NCBI GenBank assembly: GCA_051652765.1
Contig: JBOFUV010000034.1
Span: forward strand, 156,080-220,079
DNA from: Microcoleaceae cyanobacterium
GTDB taxonomy: Bacteria > Cyanobacteriota > Cyanobacteriia > Cyanobacteriales > Microcoleaceae
Length of the DNA: 64,000 nt
Direction: 5' to 3'
In this document: positions 29,799-39,652 of the stretch, in pieces
Numbering within the stretch: the first letter of the stretch is position 1
Layout of the letters: every line of letters starts with the position of its first letter
Notes under the pieces: generated by a model
The model's input: the letters and a program-made list of their open reading frames with translations, nothing else
Told to the model about the DNA's origin: nothing
Database searches by the model: none
Program-made: the position numbers and the translations under genes

Positions 29799-29903
29799 GC
29801 ATAACAAGTCGTTGCAACGGGATTTTGAGAGCGGATTGGCAAATTCTGGTTGAGTCTCAAAGTTGTTGCCGCTCTCAAAATCCGCTGAACTTGGTCGTTA
29901 TTG
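29799..29903 (+). mobile_element. Integron attC site (105 bp)
   Basis: R'' GCATAAC, 5-nt spacer, L'' GTTGCAAC, 15-bp perfect IR GGATTTTGAGAGCGG/CCGCTCTCAAAATCC, L' GCTGAAC, 6-nt spacer, R' GTTATTG. Confidence 0.85.
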
Positions 29904-30041
29904 GTCAGCAAGGGGAAACGAACATTCGGGCGCTCAGCTCGATGTTGCATTCTACTGCTCTCTTCAGGGATTGAACAGTAATTAGTCATAATGAGAATTG
30001 CTGTGAATGCTCAGACATACTTCACCCTAACACTGACTAGA

Positions 30042-30599
30042 ATGCCCTCCCCTATAGGACATACCCTGGCTGGCCTGTGTGGCTTCATTTTGGTGCAGCC
30101 CACTATGTCTAGATCACAAAGAGTTCCCTTGTTGATCCTGACTACGGTCATTGCCAATCTTCCAGATATTGATATTCTTCTTGGATTAATTCTGGCTGGA
30201 GATCCATTTATCTATCATCGCCAGGGAACCCACAGTTTGATTGCAGCTCTATTGGTGGGGGGTCTAGTCGCTGGTCTCACCCAGGTTTTCAACCTCAAGT
30301 GGCCTAGGGTTGGAGTCTGGGTAACGGGGCTCTACCTGAGTCATTTGTTTCTGGATATGTTAGTCAGTGACCAATACCCACCCGCTGGTGTGCAAGGGTT
30401 TTGGCCTTTGTCTCAGTCCTATTTGATTTTTCCAATCACCCTGTTTGGGGGACTACAATTCAGCGAGGGCGGAAGGGGATTACTGGGAGCGCTGTTTAAC
30501 CCCAATAATCTACTCACCCTGATGCGGGAAATTGTAATCCTGCTACCCGTCGTTTGGCTAACTTGGCAAGGCGTTCAGCGCAGTCAACAGAGACCTTAA
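30042..30599 (+). CDS. Membrane-bound metal-dependent hydrolase (YdjM/DUF457 family)
   Basis: MPSPIGH, ANLPDID, HRQGTHSL, SHLFLD. Confidence 0.85.
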   Translation: MPSPIGHTLAGLCGFILVQPTMSRSQRVPLLILTTVIANLPDIDILLGLILAGDPFIYHRQGTHSLIAALLVGGLVAGLTQVFNLKWPRVGVWVTGLYLSHLFLDMLVSDQYPPAGVQGFWPLSQSYLIFPITLFGGLQFSEGGRGLLGALFNPNNLLTLMREIVILLPVVWLTWQGVQRSQQRP

Positions 30600-30613
30600 C
30601 TTGATGGCTTAAC

Positions 30614-31552
30614 TTAAGGTGACTTAACATGCTTGATCAAGAGTTGGGCGATCGCCTGTAACTGTCTCTTGTCAAAGGTTTTGATCAAGACTTTGACCGC
30701 TTCCTTCGGATCGGCTGGGATCGTCATCCCTGAAGGAACAGCGGCTTGACCTGCCGCCAGTTGTAATAACCGCTCACTGGGGGCAATCTCGCTGGCTCTC
30801 CCTGTTTCTAGGAGTTCACTGCCCTGCTTGAGTTCTTTGATGACTGTGTTGGCTAAATCGCTCAAGGCATTCCGAGAATTACTGATGGCCTTGTGAGCTG
30901 TTTTCACTAAATTCTGCCAGGGCTCTACACTAGGGCCAACCTTTGTTAAGCGAGCACATAACCCCGCGAGCTGTTTGCGAAGAGCTGGAGAGTCAGCAGT
31001 TTTAAACCCTTGCAACATGGGCTTCAGGACAGTCATCACTTGAGCTGCTGCTTTGGGAACCCCTGAACTGGCTGCTCTCGCTGAAGCCGTTGCTGGAGCC
31101 TGACCACTGACCAAGGTCTGAAAATGTCTTTCCAGCTTGTCAAATAGCGGTAAAGACGCAGTGACAATCTTGTCCCCCATGGCCTGAGAAAGACCTGCTG
31201 GGCTTTGACAGCGGTCAATTAAATTCTTGAGCACCTCATAGGCTTTTGTTGAGAGGGTTTGGGCGGTTGCGTCAACTTTAAACGCTGTATCCTTCACGGG
31301 CTTGAAACTATCTTCCAAACGCTTCGCGACCTTGTTTATGCTTTCCAGGCTTGGAACTTGACTCATCAACATCGCAGATCCTCCTTTGATGGAGTGAGCT
31401 GCTCGGTACATTGCGATCGCCTCTTCTCGATCTGGATTTACCATGATTGCCGGTAAATTCTTCAACCCATTCTCAAAAATCGCCAAGTGTTCCCCTGCCT
31501 CTTCCATAAAAATGGCAAAGATTTTCCGGTACTGATCTTGCTCTACAGGCAC
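30614..31552 (-). CDS. Stand-alone Hpt-domain protein
   Basis: IFMEEAGEHL..YRAAHSIKGGSAM (CheA P1-like); GTG start with GGAGG RBS. Confidence 0.82.
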   Translation of the reverse strand: MPVEQDQYRKIFAIFMEEAGEHLAIFENGLKNLPAIMVNPDREEAIAMYRAAHSIKGGSAMLMSQVPSLESINKVAKRLEDSFKPVKDTAFKVDATAQTLSTKAYEVLKNLIDRCQSPAGLSQAMGDKIVTASLPLFDKLERHFQTLVSGQAPATASARAASSGVPKAAAQVMTVLKPMLQGFKTADSPALRKQLAGLCARLTKVGPSVEPWQNLVKTAHKAISNSRNALSDLANTVIKELKQGSELLETGRASEIAPSERLLQLAAGQAAVPSGMTIPADPKEAVKVLIKTFDKRQLQAIAQLLIKHVKSP

Positions 31553-31714
31553 GGCGACCCTCCTATTCCGTCAAAATTCCAGCCGAGCAGTTTTTCTGAG
31601 TGACAGATCCCCTGAATCTGAGATTGCCAGACCTTAGCAAAACAGCAGTATAAATCCAGGATCAGGCCACTCATGATTAAAAACTTTAGCTTACTAAGGG
31701 TAGTTTTCCCAAGG

Positions 31715-33325
31715 TTAGGTCGATTCTTTCCAAATCCTTGAAGAAATTTTTATTGTATTAAGGTGAGAGTAATCTTGGCCTGATCCATACTGCCAAGCCT
31801 CTAACCAACGATGCCAATAATATTGTTGGGCTGGGGAAAGCTTTTTGGCCAGCGGTTCCAAGGGTTTGGCTAAGGGATAGAGCACACTGTAGGCGGCAAG
31901 ATTAAAATAGTGAGTTGTCCAAGTGACCAGGTTACCCAAGCCAACCTGAGGAATAATCTTTAGGATCAAAGCCGGATGAGAAATTCCGGTCTTAAACAGC
32001 GTCTTTGCCAAGGGCAGAAATTGTATCACATCCTGTAAAAATGGCTTGAGTACAGGTTCTCCCAACTGTTTCATCTCTTGAAAAACCGCTGCCAAGACTT
32101 GATTGATTTGATCGGGATCAACGGTTTGATGACTCCCTACACTCATCGATCGTTGAAATAGCCAAGTGACCGATAAACTGGGTTGATAGGGCTGCAACAG
32201 GGAGAGAGCCTTAGAATCCAGGCATTCTGCGTTCAGGGCTTCTTCAACGCCAAGAGTTAATCGTTGCAAATGCCGGATCATTGACCCAAAGCCCCCAAAG
32301 CTCAGAGGAGACTGACTGGCGCTACTATCCCCAACGGGCAAAATCCGATCCCAAGGGGTGTTTAAAGGACTGTTGCGGTAACAGGGAAAGCAACCAAACA
32401 AGGCCCGTTTGAAGGTTAATTGGTTCAGTTCAACGGTTTGATACTGGGGCAGGAGTCGGAGATACTCCTCAAACAAAAACTCCAAGCTGAACCGTTCAGG
32501 CTGAGCGTCCAGGTACGTAAATAAATAAGTCGTTCGTCCATCTCGCGCGGGAAACGCTTCCCAAAAGTATTGGCACTGAGTCTGAATCGGGGTGAAAGCG
32601 GCAAAAATATCTCCCGTTTGATTCTCCGAATATCCGGTTCCACAGGTGCCTACGACCAAACAGATTGCGTCTGGTTTTTGTCCTTGTCGGGCTTGTTGAA
32701 CGATGGGAGAGAAGTGGCCCATGGCATCTAGTAACAGGCGGGTTGTAAACGTTTGATTCTGGGCTTGATGATTCTGGGCTTGAACGGCAACTCCGTTGGG
32801 ATGAATCGTGGCCCGTTCATAGGCCATATTTTCAAATAGTTGGCCCCCAGCGTCCAGAAAGCGAGTTTTTAGCGTTTCCAACAAATCAACTGGATCAACC
32901 CCAATATTCAAGACCTCTTCTACCCAGATTTCTGTCATGTTGGGAAAGCTCAAACGGGCCGGATTGTATTCTGTGGCGATCGCCCGTTCCAATTCTGCCG
33001 ATGACAGTAGATTTAAGTCCAGGAAAACCTCCAGTTCCCGACGAGACACATTCCACTCCTGATCTCGCCCCCGCAGCACTCCCCGTTCAATCAGCCCCAC
33101 CCTCCAACCCCGTAGGGCTAAAGATGCACCGATCAGAATTCCCAGGGTGCCTCCACACACTAAAATGTCATAGTTAATCTCAGCCAATGGTTGCGAATCC
33201 TGCTGAACGGTTGTAGGAATCGGCAGGGTATTCTCCCGCAAAGCTTTCCACAGAATATCTGCCTTGCGTAATCCCGCTAAAGGATGACCCGGAATTTGAG
33301 CCAGAATTTCTTCAGTCAGAGACAT
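31715..33325 (-). CDS. cruP: CruP, CruA-type lycopene cyclase paralogue (FAD-binding)
   Basis: CGGTLG, RGRDQEWNVSR, DAMGHFSP, QYFWEAFP, QSPLSFGGFG, GSGQDY. Confidence 0.75.
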   Translation of the reverse strand: MSLTEEILAQIPGHPLAGLRKADILWKALRENTLPIPTTVQQDSQPLAEINYDILVCGGTLGILIGASLALRGWRVGLIERGVLRGRDQEWNVSRRELEVFLDLNLLSSAELERAIATEYNPARLSFPNMTEIWVEEVLNIGVDPVDLLETLKTRFLDAGGQLFENMAYERATIHPNGVAVQAQNHQAQNQTFTTRLLLDAMGHFSPIVQQARQGQKPDAICLVVGTCGTGYSENQTGDIFAAFTPIQTQCQYFWEAFPARDGRTTYLFTYLDAQPERFSLEFLFEEYLRLLPQYQTVELNQLTFKRALFGCFPCYRNSPLNTPWDRILPVGDSSASQSPLSFGGFGSMIRHLQRLTLGVEEALNAECLDSKALSLLQPYQPSLSVTWLFQRSMSVGSHQTVDPDQINQVLAAVFQEMKQLGEPVLKPFLQDVIQFLPLAKTLFKTGISHPALILKIIPQVGLGNLVTWTTHYFNLAAYSVLYPLAKPLEPLAKKLSPAQQYYWHRWLEAWQYGSGQDYSHLNTIKISSRIWKEST

Positions 33326-33439
33326 TGGGCGTTCAGGAGAAGTTTACCTTTGATAGCAATCCTCAATTAATTGTAAGAGATCTTTAGAAAGGGGTTTGGG
33401 GACGAAGCCCTCAAGAAAGAGGCTAGGATAGAACAATTA

Positions 33440-34651
33440 TCAATGTTCGGTATTGAGCTGTTGTTCTAGACGGCGAGCGGCCATGGACATCGAATAACAG
33501 AACAGCCAATAGAGGGTTCCTACGAATAAATAAACCTCGGAATACCGCCCCAGAAATTTCGGGTTCGCTAAAATTGAACCGCTGATCCCTAGCAATTCCA
33601 CTAGGCCCACAATCGCAAGCAAGGTCGTGTCCTGGAACAAACTAATAAATTGGCCCACAATCGAGGGAATCGAAATTTTTAGGGCCTGGGGCAGCACCAC
33701 TAATCCCAGAGCTAGGGGAGTTTTTAATCCCAAGGCTTTGGCTGCTTCCGTTTGTCCCCTGGGAATCGCTTGCAACCCTGCCCGCACATTTTCAGCCAGA
33801 TAGGCAGAACTAAACATTGTTAGCCCAATAATAGCCCGCAACACTCGATCGGGTCGCATTCCCTCCGGCAGGAACAGCGGCAAGAGCACCTGGCCCATAA
33901 ACAGAATCGTAATCAGCGGCAAGCCGCGCACCACTTCAATGTAAGCAATTGACAACCCACGAATCACAGGCAAACTACTCTGTCGTCCCAAGGCCAAAAC
34001 CACTCCCAACGGCAAAGATAGCAAAATGCTGATCACCGACATCAACAACGTCAGCATCAAGCCCCCCCAGAGACTCGTTTCAACCGGCTTCAGCCCCAAG
34101 CCGCCACTGATCAGCCAGACAGCCAGAATCAGGGATGTAAACCAGGCAAAGGGCAGCCAACTGACAAACTGAGGCCGCAAGTTACCCAACCACCGCCCGA
34201 CCCAGACCATAATCACTAATCCAGTTAACAGTCCTAGCAACACCCCTCGATACAAAACAGGAGTCGGAATCAGCGCCACCAGAATTGCCAATAAACTCAG
34301 GCCAAGAACTACAGTTGGGCTATACAACCTGGAAACATTTCGCGCTAACATCCCCCAGGTTAATCCGGCCAACAGAAAGATCATCCCTACAATCACCCAG
34401 AGTCGCCAGTATTGATCCGCTGGAAACCGTCCCGCAAAAAATAGAGGTAAGTTCGCTGGAATCACCCTCCACTGAGCCTCAAATCCAGCCCAAACGATGA
34501 AACCTGTTCCGATCCAGCCCAACGCTCCCCCAATAACCAGGGTCAACAGACTGTTATACCAGGTGTTGAATAGATGATTTTGGAGCCAGTTCACAGCCCC
34601 GGAAGCACCGATTGGGGGCGCAAAATTTGGAGATTGGGGAGTTGTGGCCAT
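33440..34651 (-). CDS. natH: Amino acid ABC transporter permease (N-II/Aap type)
   Basis: WGGLMLTL, RGLPLITILF, EAA loop AENVRAGLQAIPRGQTEAAKALG. Confidence 0.8.
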   Translation of the reverse strand: MATTPQSPNFAPPIGASGAVNWLQNHLFNTWYNSLLTLVIGGALGWIGTGFIVWAGFEAQWRVIPANLPLFFAGRFPADQYWRLWVIVGMIFLLAGLTWGMLARNVSRLYSPTVVLGLSLLAILVALIPTPVLYRGVLLGLLTGLVIMVWVGRWLGNLRPQFVSWLPFAWFTSLILAVWLISGGLGLKPVETSLWGGLMLTLLMSVISILLSLPLGVVLALGRQSSLPVIRGLSIAYIEVVRGLPLITILFMGQVLLPLFLPEGMRPDRVLRAIIGLTMFSSAYLAENVRAGLQAIPRGQTEAAKALGLKTPLALGLVVLPQALKISIPSIVGQFISLFQDTTLLAIVGLVELLGISGSILANPKFLGRYSEVYLFVGTLYWLFCYSMSMAARRLEQQLNTEH

Positions 34652-34719
34652 GGGAATTAGGAGTTGGGATTAGAGGTTAGAATTGGGAGTTTAGAATTGG
34701 GAGTTTGGAATTTGGAATT
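34652..34719. repeat. Degenerate heptamer-like (STRR-type) tandem repeats, GAATTGG/GAGTT units
   Basis: Seen in natG-natH spacer. Confidence 0.6.
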
Positions 34720-34733
34720 AAGTATCCCGAGCT

Positions 34734-35894
34734 TTATCTTTCCCTGATCTGAACACTCTGATTTAGCAAGTTCATTCCCAGGGAAATCAGCAGGTTAATG
34801 GTCAAATAGGTTGCCATGATGATCAACATCACTTCAACAACGTGACCCGTTTGATTAAAAGTCGTTGTAGAAACAGTGTACATATCAGGGTAGGCCACAG
34901 CGATCGCCAAGCTTGAATTCTTCGCCAGGTTCATATATTGGCTGCTCAGTGGCGGAATGATCACCCGCAGCGCTTGGGGAAAAACCACCAACTGCATCAC
35001 CAAGCCAGCCTTGAGTCCCAGGGAACGAGCTGCCTCCCATTGCCCCTTGGGAACCGATTGAATGCCTGCCCGCACAATTTCAGCAATGAAGGCTCCTGTA
35101 TAGACAACCAGGCCAATCAGGAGAGCAGTAAACTCAATGGTTAACTTTATGCCTCCCGTGACTCCCTTTTCAGTTGTTTGAGGCGTTTCCCAACTGAAGC
35201 CCAACAGAATAATCAGTAAAGCAGCCAACCCTAGAGCCGCCAAGATCATCTGTTGAAGCTGACCTGATTGTCCCTGCTCAACCATAATCCGCAGCCGCCA
35301 ACGCCAGATCAAAAAGGCCGCAATCAGCCCAACTAGCAGCAGCCCCAACCAAACCCAAATTAGGGGGCTAGTCGGCCAGGGAAGATAAATTCCACGCTTA
35401 CTCAGAAAAATTGAGTTCAGCAGCCCAATTTTCTGGTCTAGAAGTGGCAATTGCAGAAAAATCCCGTACCAGAACAATAACTGGAGGAGTAAGGGGGTGT
35501 TTCGGACGATTTCCACATAAACAACGCTGATTTTGTGAATCAGCCAGTTATTAGAAAAATAAGTAATTCCAGCCGTAATTCCCAAGAGCGTAGTCAGAAT
35601 AATGCCTAGAACCATCACTCTCAAAGAATTGATCAACCCTGCCCACAAAGCTCTGGCGTAGGGATCAGTAGGTTGATAGGGAATTAAACTCTCGCCGATG
35701 CCAAACCCAGCAGTGCTATCTAGAAAGCCAAAATCAAAGAGGGTTCCTCCGGTCTGCCTGAGGTTGAGGGTCAGGTTATTCGCCAAGAGACTAAACAATG
35801 CGATGACTCCAAGCAACACCACTCCCTGCAGCGTAATTTTCCAAAACCGTTCATCGCGCCAAAGGGGGGTTTTTTGTTGGGGATTTGTTGTCAT
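34734..35894 (-). CDS. natG: Amino acid ABC transporter permease (N-II/Aap type)
   Basis: PLWRDERF, RNTPLLLQL, AEIVRAGIQSVPKGQWEAA, KNSSLAIA. Confidence 0.8.
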   Translation of the reverse strand: MTTNPQQKTPLWRDERFWKITLQGVVLLGVIALFSLLANNLTLNLRQTGGTLFDFGFLDSTAGFGIGESLIPYQPTDPYARALWAGLINSLRVMVLGIILTTLLGITAGITYFSNNWLIHKISVVYVEIVRNTPLLLQLLFWYGIFLQLPLLDQKIGLLNSIFLSKRGIYLPWPTSPLIWVWLGLLLVGLIAAFLIWRWRLRIMVEQGQSGQLQQMILAALGLAALLIILLGFSWETPQTTEKGVTGGIKLTIEFTALLIGLVVYTGAFIAEIVRAGIQSVPKGQWEAARSLGLKAGLVMQLVVFPQALRVIIPPLSSQYMNLAKNSSLAIAVAYPDMYTVSTTTFNQTGHVVEVMLIIMATYLTINLLISLGMNLLNQSVQIRER

Positions 35895-35927
35895 CGAATT
35901 GTTATGTCCTTGTGTACTCTGACTCTA

Positions 35928-35954
35928 GTCGGGGTGAGGAGACCTCACCCCGAC
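35928..35954. other. Intercistronic 12-bp GC-rich hairpin between natF and natG
   Basis: GTCGGGGTGAGG-AGA-CCTCACCCCGAC. Confidence 0.75.
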
Positions 35955-35987
35955 GCATTTTTCCACTCTAATGCCGCTAGTTCAACG

Positions 35988-37106
35988 TTAACGGAAGGGT
36001 GGAGAATACATGAGGCCGCCATCTTTCCAAAGGGCGTTCTGACCCCGAGGCAGCTTGAATTGAGAACCTTCTCCCAGGTTGCGCTCATAGACTTCACTAT
36101 AGTTTCCGACGTGTTTGATAACACGAGCTGCAAAATCATTGGTTAAGCCCAAACCTTCTCCCAACTCCCCTTCAACACCAAGAAAACGACGAATGGTTGG
36201 ATCTTGGCTCGTCTTTGCCAACTCCTCCATATTGGCTTGGGTAATCCCTAGCTCTTCAGCTTCAATCAGGGCATAGGTGACCCACTTCACCGTATCGAAC
36301 CAAGCAGAGTCATTGTTGATCGTTACTGGGCCGAGGGGCTCTTTGGACATGGTGACATCTAGCAAGATGTGCTCTTCAGGATTGGGTAGGGTGCTACGGC
36401 GGGCAACCAACTGGGATTTATCCGAGGTCATGCCATCACAGGCCCCTTCCGCGTAGGCTTGGTAGGCAGGATCAGCCTGTTGGAAGGTCTTGGTCTCAGG
36501 GGTGACTCCGGCTTTCCGCATATTGTCCGTGAGGTTCAATTCTGTGGTGGTTCCGGCTTCAACACAGACTGTTTTTCCCGCAAAGTCTTGCAGGGCAGCA
36601 AGCCCACTGCTCTGGCGCACCATCATGCCCTGACCGTCATAGAAGGTTGTTGGCGCAAATTCCATCCCGACTGAACTATCCCGGCTAATCGTCCAGGTTG
36701 TGTTCCGGGAGAGCATATCCACCTCTCCGGCCTTGAGCGCCTCAAAGCGTTCTGTAGAGTCAAGGTTACGGTAGTCAACTGCCTCCGGATCATCAAACAG
36801 CGCAGCGGCCACAGCCCGACAAATATCTACATCTAGACCTGAATATTTTCCACTTTCATCAACGAAGCTGAATCCAGGGATGCCGCCATCTACACCACAG
36901 ACGAGCTTGCCACGGGTCTTGATGGCATCTAGCCGACTCGTTGTCACCTTTGCACTCGCTGTTTCAGTCTCCCCAGTTGTATTTGTTGTGCTAGTACTGG
37001 TGCCTGCCGTGTTTGAACCAGAAGTGCCCGTAACACAAGCCGTTAAAGGGATAGCAACAAAAAGAGTTGTAATGAGTAAAGAACTCCACTGACCGATGTT
37101 TTTCAT
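35988..37106 (-). CDS. natF: Amino acid ABC transporter substrate-binding lipoprotein (AapJ/BztA type)
   Basis: Lipobox LTAC; RGKLVCGV, LSRNTTWT, YDGQG, SKEPLGP, YSPPFR. Confidence 0.82.
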   Translation of the reverse strand: MKNIGQWSSLLITTLFVAIPLTACVTGTSGSNTAGTSTSTTNTTGETETASAKVTTSRLDAIKTRGKLVCGVDGGIPGFSFVDESGKYSGLDVDICRAVAAALFDDPEAVDYRNLDSTERFEALKAGEVDMLSRNTTWTISRDSSVGMEFAPTTFYDGQGMMVRQSSGLAALQDFAGKTVCVEAGTTTELNLTDNMRKAGVTPETKTFQQADPAYQAYAEGACDGMTSDKSQLVARRSTLPNPEEHILLDVTMSKEPLGPVTINNDSAWFDTVKWVTYALIEAEELGITQANMEELAKTSQDPTIRRFLGVEGELGEGLGLTNDFAARVIKHVGNYSEVYERNLGEGSQFKLPRGQNALWKDGGLMYSPPFR

Positions 37107-37323
37107 TGAATGCTTTCATCACTCTATTTGACAACGTCTTTAGGAAGACCCAAGCTATGTAGCTGAAGCTCTCCAAGACATTCTTAAGCTTACCTTAACA
37201 AGAAATTTACTCAAGTCTTTTTTTCAATTTCTCCTACAAATTCCTCTTACAGGTTTCTCCTACAAACTTCTCAATGAAAATTTCTACAAGAAGTTTCTAT
37301 TTATTCATTCATTCGGTAAGAGA

Positions 37324-37542
37324 TTAGCTGCTCAGGCGAGACTCTGCCAGATCTCGAATCAGGGAGACCTTAGAGCTGATATAGTCGTTCATCAGGGCAG
37401 CTTCTTTGCCGTTAATTTGAGATTCGGCTTGTAGTCGCTTGAGCAGCCACTGCACCAGGGCCGCATCATCTAGGGTGACTAATAGTGGAGCTTGTGTCGC
37501 TTCGATAAGAGACCAAACTTTACGGAGCAGACTGGGACTCAT
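37324..37542 (-). CDS. Conserved small cyanobacterial hypothetical protein
   Basis: MSP..LR..WSLIE.TQ...L..LDD..LV.WL..YI...LIRDLA pattern. Confidence 0.7.
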   Translation of the reverse strand: MSPSLLRKVWSLIEATQAPLLVTLDDAALVQWLLKRLQAESQINGKEAALMNDYISSKVSLIRDLAESRLSS

Positions 37543-37846
37543 AGAATCTCCTTGCGCTAAATTATCCTCTCGCATCCCTAACCGAAGACCTACTCAGAGT
37601 AGTCACCAAGCCAAATAAGGCTTAAGTCAATTGAGAAACTTAATTTTTTCTTTATATTTAGAATAGCTGATAATAGCTATAACAAATCCCAAGCGATACA
37701 AGATGTCATAGGAGATACAAATCTCTTCATTTAATGTATTGGTTCTTGACATGAAGTTTAATTTGTTTTTAATGTTTATGCTGGATACTTAAAGATCGCT
37801 GCAATAGCTTTGATGTCTAGGGGCTGAAAACTGCACAAATCCTGAG

Positions 37847-39451
37847 CTATTTTTTTTGCTTGTCCTTGTCTAGGGCTGGTTTGGCTTGATTAGAGCGATT
37901 GAATTGCTCGGGCTCAAGGGTCTGGATGTCGAAATCTGGAAATGATAAATCAGGGTTCAGATCCGGTTGGGTACTGAAAATAATATTTTCCCCCTGACGG
38001 GCCAAAAGCTCAATTTTAAGGGGGCCAGATGTATACGTGTCTGCCGCTGCAACGGCTTGTAACTCAACTTTTTCTCCATGTGCTTGAAGACGGCGAAAAA
38101 AGTCTACGACCGTTTCAATCCGTTCATCGCTAATCTGAACCGATTCGTCCACTACTCCCACAAACCGGGCCCTAAAACTGGATGCATCAATCAGTTGTTG
38201 TAAACGTTGCTGCAACTCTGAACTCGTTAGGGCAGAGGGTTCGATTGAGGTTCCGGCAATCACTTCTCCAGAGGCAAATAGCAGACGATTGAGTTCAGCT
38301 TTGGTGAATACATCGACGCGGGTTTCTCCCACTAGATAATTGGCAGACGAAATCACCTGTACCACGTAGTCTTTCCCATCATCAATTTCACTAATCAGTT
38401 TTTCGACCTCTTTGCGGGTGATTTGAACGACCTGTTCTTGATCTGCGTTGGAATTGCCAATTTGGACGGAGTTGATGGCATTGCGATTGGCGAGCTGCAA
38501 GAGCCGATCAACCACTTGCTTTGAAGCAGAAGCATTGGGGGAGCGCACTAAACCGCTGGCTAAAACTTGACCGCGTCGTAATCCAACGTTCCCCTCCCGC
38601 AACAGTTGCAAATCTCTACCCAGGGCCTGAACATCTTGCTCTGCCAGATTAACTTGCTGTTCTAAGTAAGTCTTCTGGGCTTCCAATTGAGTTTGCTGCT
38701 GCTCAAGTTCGACGAGTCGAGTTTCCCGTTCGGCAATGGTGCGATCGCGTTCTGTAATGGATTGATCTTTCTGAGCAATTTCTTGATCCCGCACCTTAAT
38801 CTGAGCTTGTTTCTGGGAGCGTTGCTGAATCAGTTTTTCTTGTTCGATGCGGAGTTGCTGAATCTCAGATCGCAACACTTGTTTCTGCTGAGAGACGGAC
38901 TGCAACTCGGCCTGAGTTTTCTGAAGCGCTGACTCTGTCGAAGTTTTAGCCTGATTAATTTGATTGATTTGAGTTCGCAAACCATCCAATTGCGTTTGAG
39001 TCGTTTGCAGTTGAGCCTTAGTCTGTTGGAGTTGCTGCTCCTGTTGAGTTGTTTGAGTATTGGTTTGTTTCAGGGTCTCTCCAGCTTGATTGAGTTGCAT
39101 CATTGCTGCCGCTAGATCGGCCTTTGCCTTGTCTAACTCTTGCTGAACTCGCTCTTTTTCGTCCTCCGTGCGGGTCAGATCCTTACGGGATTGATTCAGA
39201 CGCTCCTGAATTGCATCGATCTGAAAAACGCCTCGACGGAGGGGTTTACTCGTTGAGAACAGAATGGCCAAGGTCAACCCAGACAACACGGTTCCCGTGA
39301 AAACCGTGACCAATGCCGCTGTTTTACGGGGACGTAGCTTGAACAAGCTGAGCCTTGCCTTGCCCACCTTGCTTCCGAGGCGATCGCTGACAACGGCAAT
39401 GACACCTCCTAAGATTAGAATGACAGCAACAAAAATGAGTCCAGCAGTCAT
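37847..39451 (-). CDS. DUF3084 domain coiled-coil membrane protein
   Basis: GGVIA..DRLGSKVGKARLSLF.LRPR N-terminus; long Q-rich coiled coil; typical neighbour of ntcA. Confidence 0.85.
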   Translation of the reverse strand: MTAGLIFVAVILILGGVIAVVSDRLGSKVGKARLSLFKLRPRKTAALVTVFTGTVLSGLTLAILFSTSKPLRRGVFQIDAIQERLNQSRKDLTRTEDEKERVQQELDKAKADLAAAMMQLNQAGETLKQTNTQTTQQEQQLQQTKAQLQTTQTQLDGLRTQINQINQAKTSTESALQKTQAELQSVSQQKQVLRSEIQQLRIEQEKLIQQRSQKQAQIKVRDQEIAQKDQSITERDRTIAERETRLVELEQQQTQLEAQKTYLEQQVNLAEQDVQALGRDLQLLREGNVGLRRGQVLASGLVRSPNASASKQVVDRLLQLANRNAINSVQIGNSNADQEQVVQITRKEVEKLISEIDDGKDYVVQVISSANYLVGETRVDVFTKAELNRLLFASGEVIAGTSIEPSALTSSELQQRLQQLIDASSFRARFVGVVDESVQISDERIETVVDFFRRLQAHGEKVELQAVAAADTYTSGPLKIELLARQGENIIFSTQPDLNPDLSFPDFDIQTLEPEQFNRSNQAKPALDKDKQKK

Positions 39452-39652
39452 GGGTTCTCGTCACAGAGCAGAGGGAAGGGCCAGAAACGATTCGGTCTAG
39501 GGTGTTGTTCTAGGTGTTGTTCTAGGGCTTTATCCTAAAAATAGCTTCAAGTTGACAGAAAGAGCCAAACCACTTGACGATCTGAATCATCGGGAGTGCT
39601 TGTCCAGCAGAATGTTGACCTCAAGTTTTCTGTCTTCTATCCTACGTATATC

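Larger units (their letters stand above)
23694..29903 (+). mobile_element. Putative single large integron gene cassette (defence island), no integrase in window
   Basis: Begins GTTATGCCGCC; ends in attC whose R'' arm GGCGGCATAAC is the exact reverse complement; boundaries coincide with an accessory gene block. Confidence 0.75.

Noticed and set aside
29779..29909. 9-bp direct repeat TTGGTCAGC (29779 and 29901) as a target-site duplication making the hairpin a MITE
   Set aside because: The repeats do not abut terminal inverted repeats symmetrically; attC box spacing plus the distant complementary core site explain the element better; may be chance
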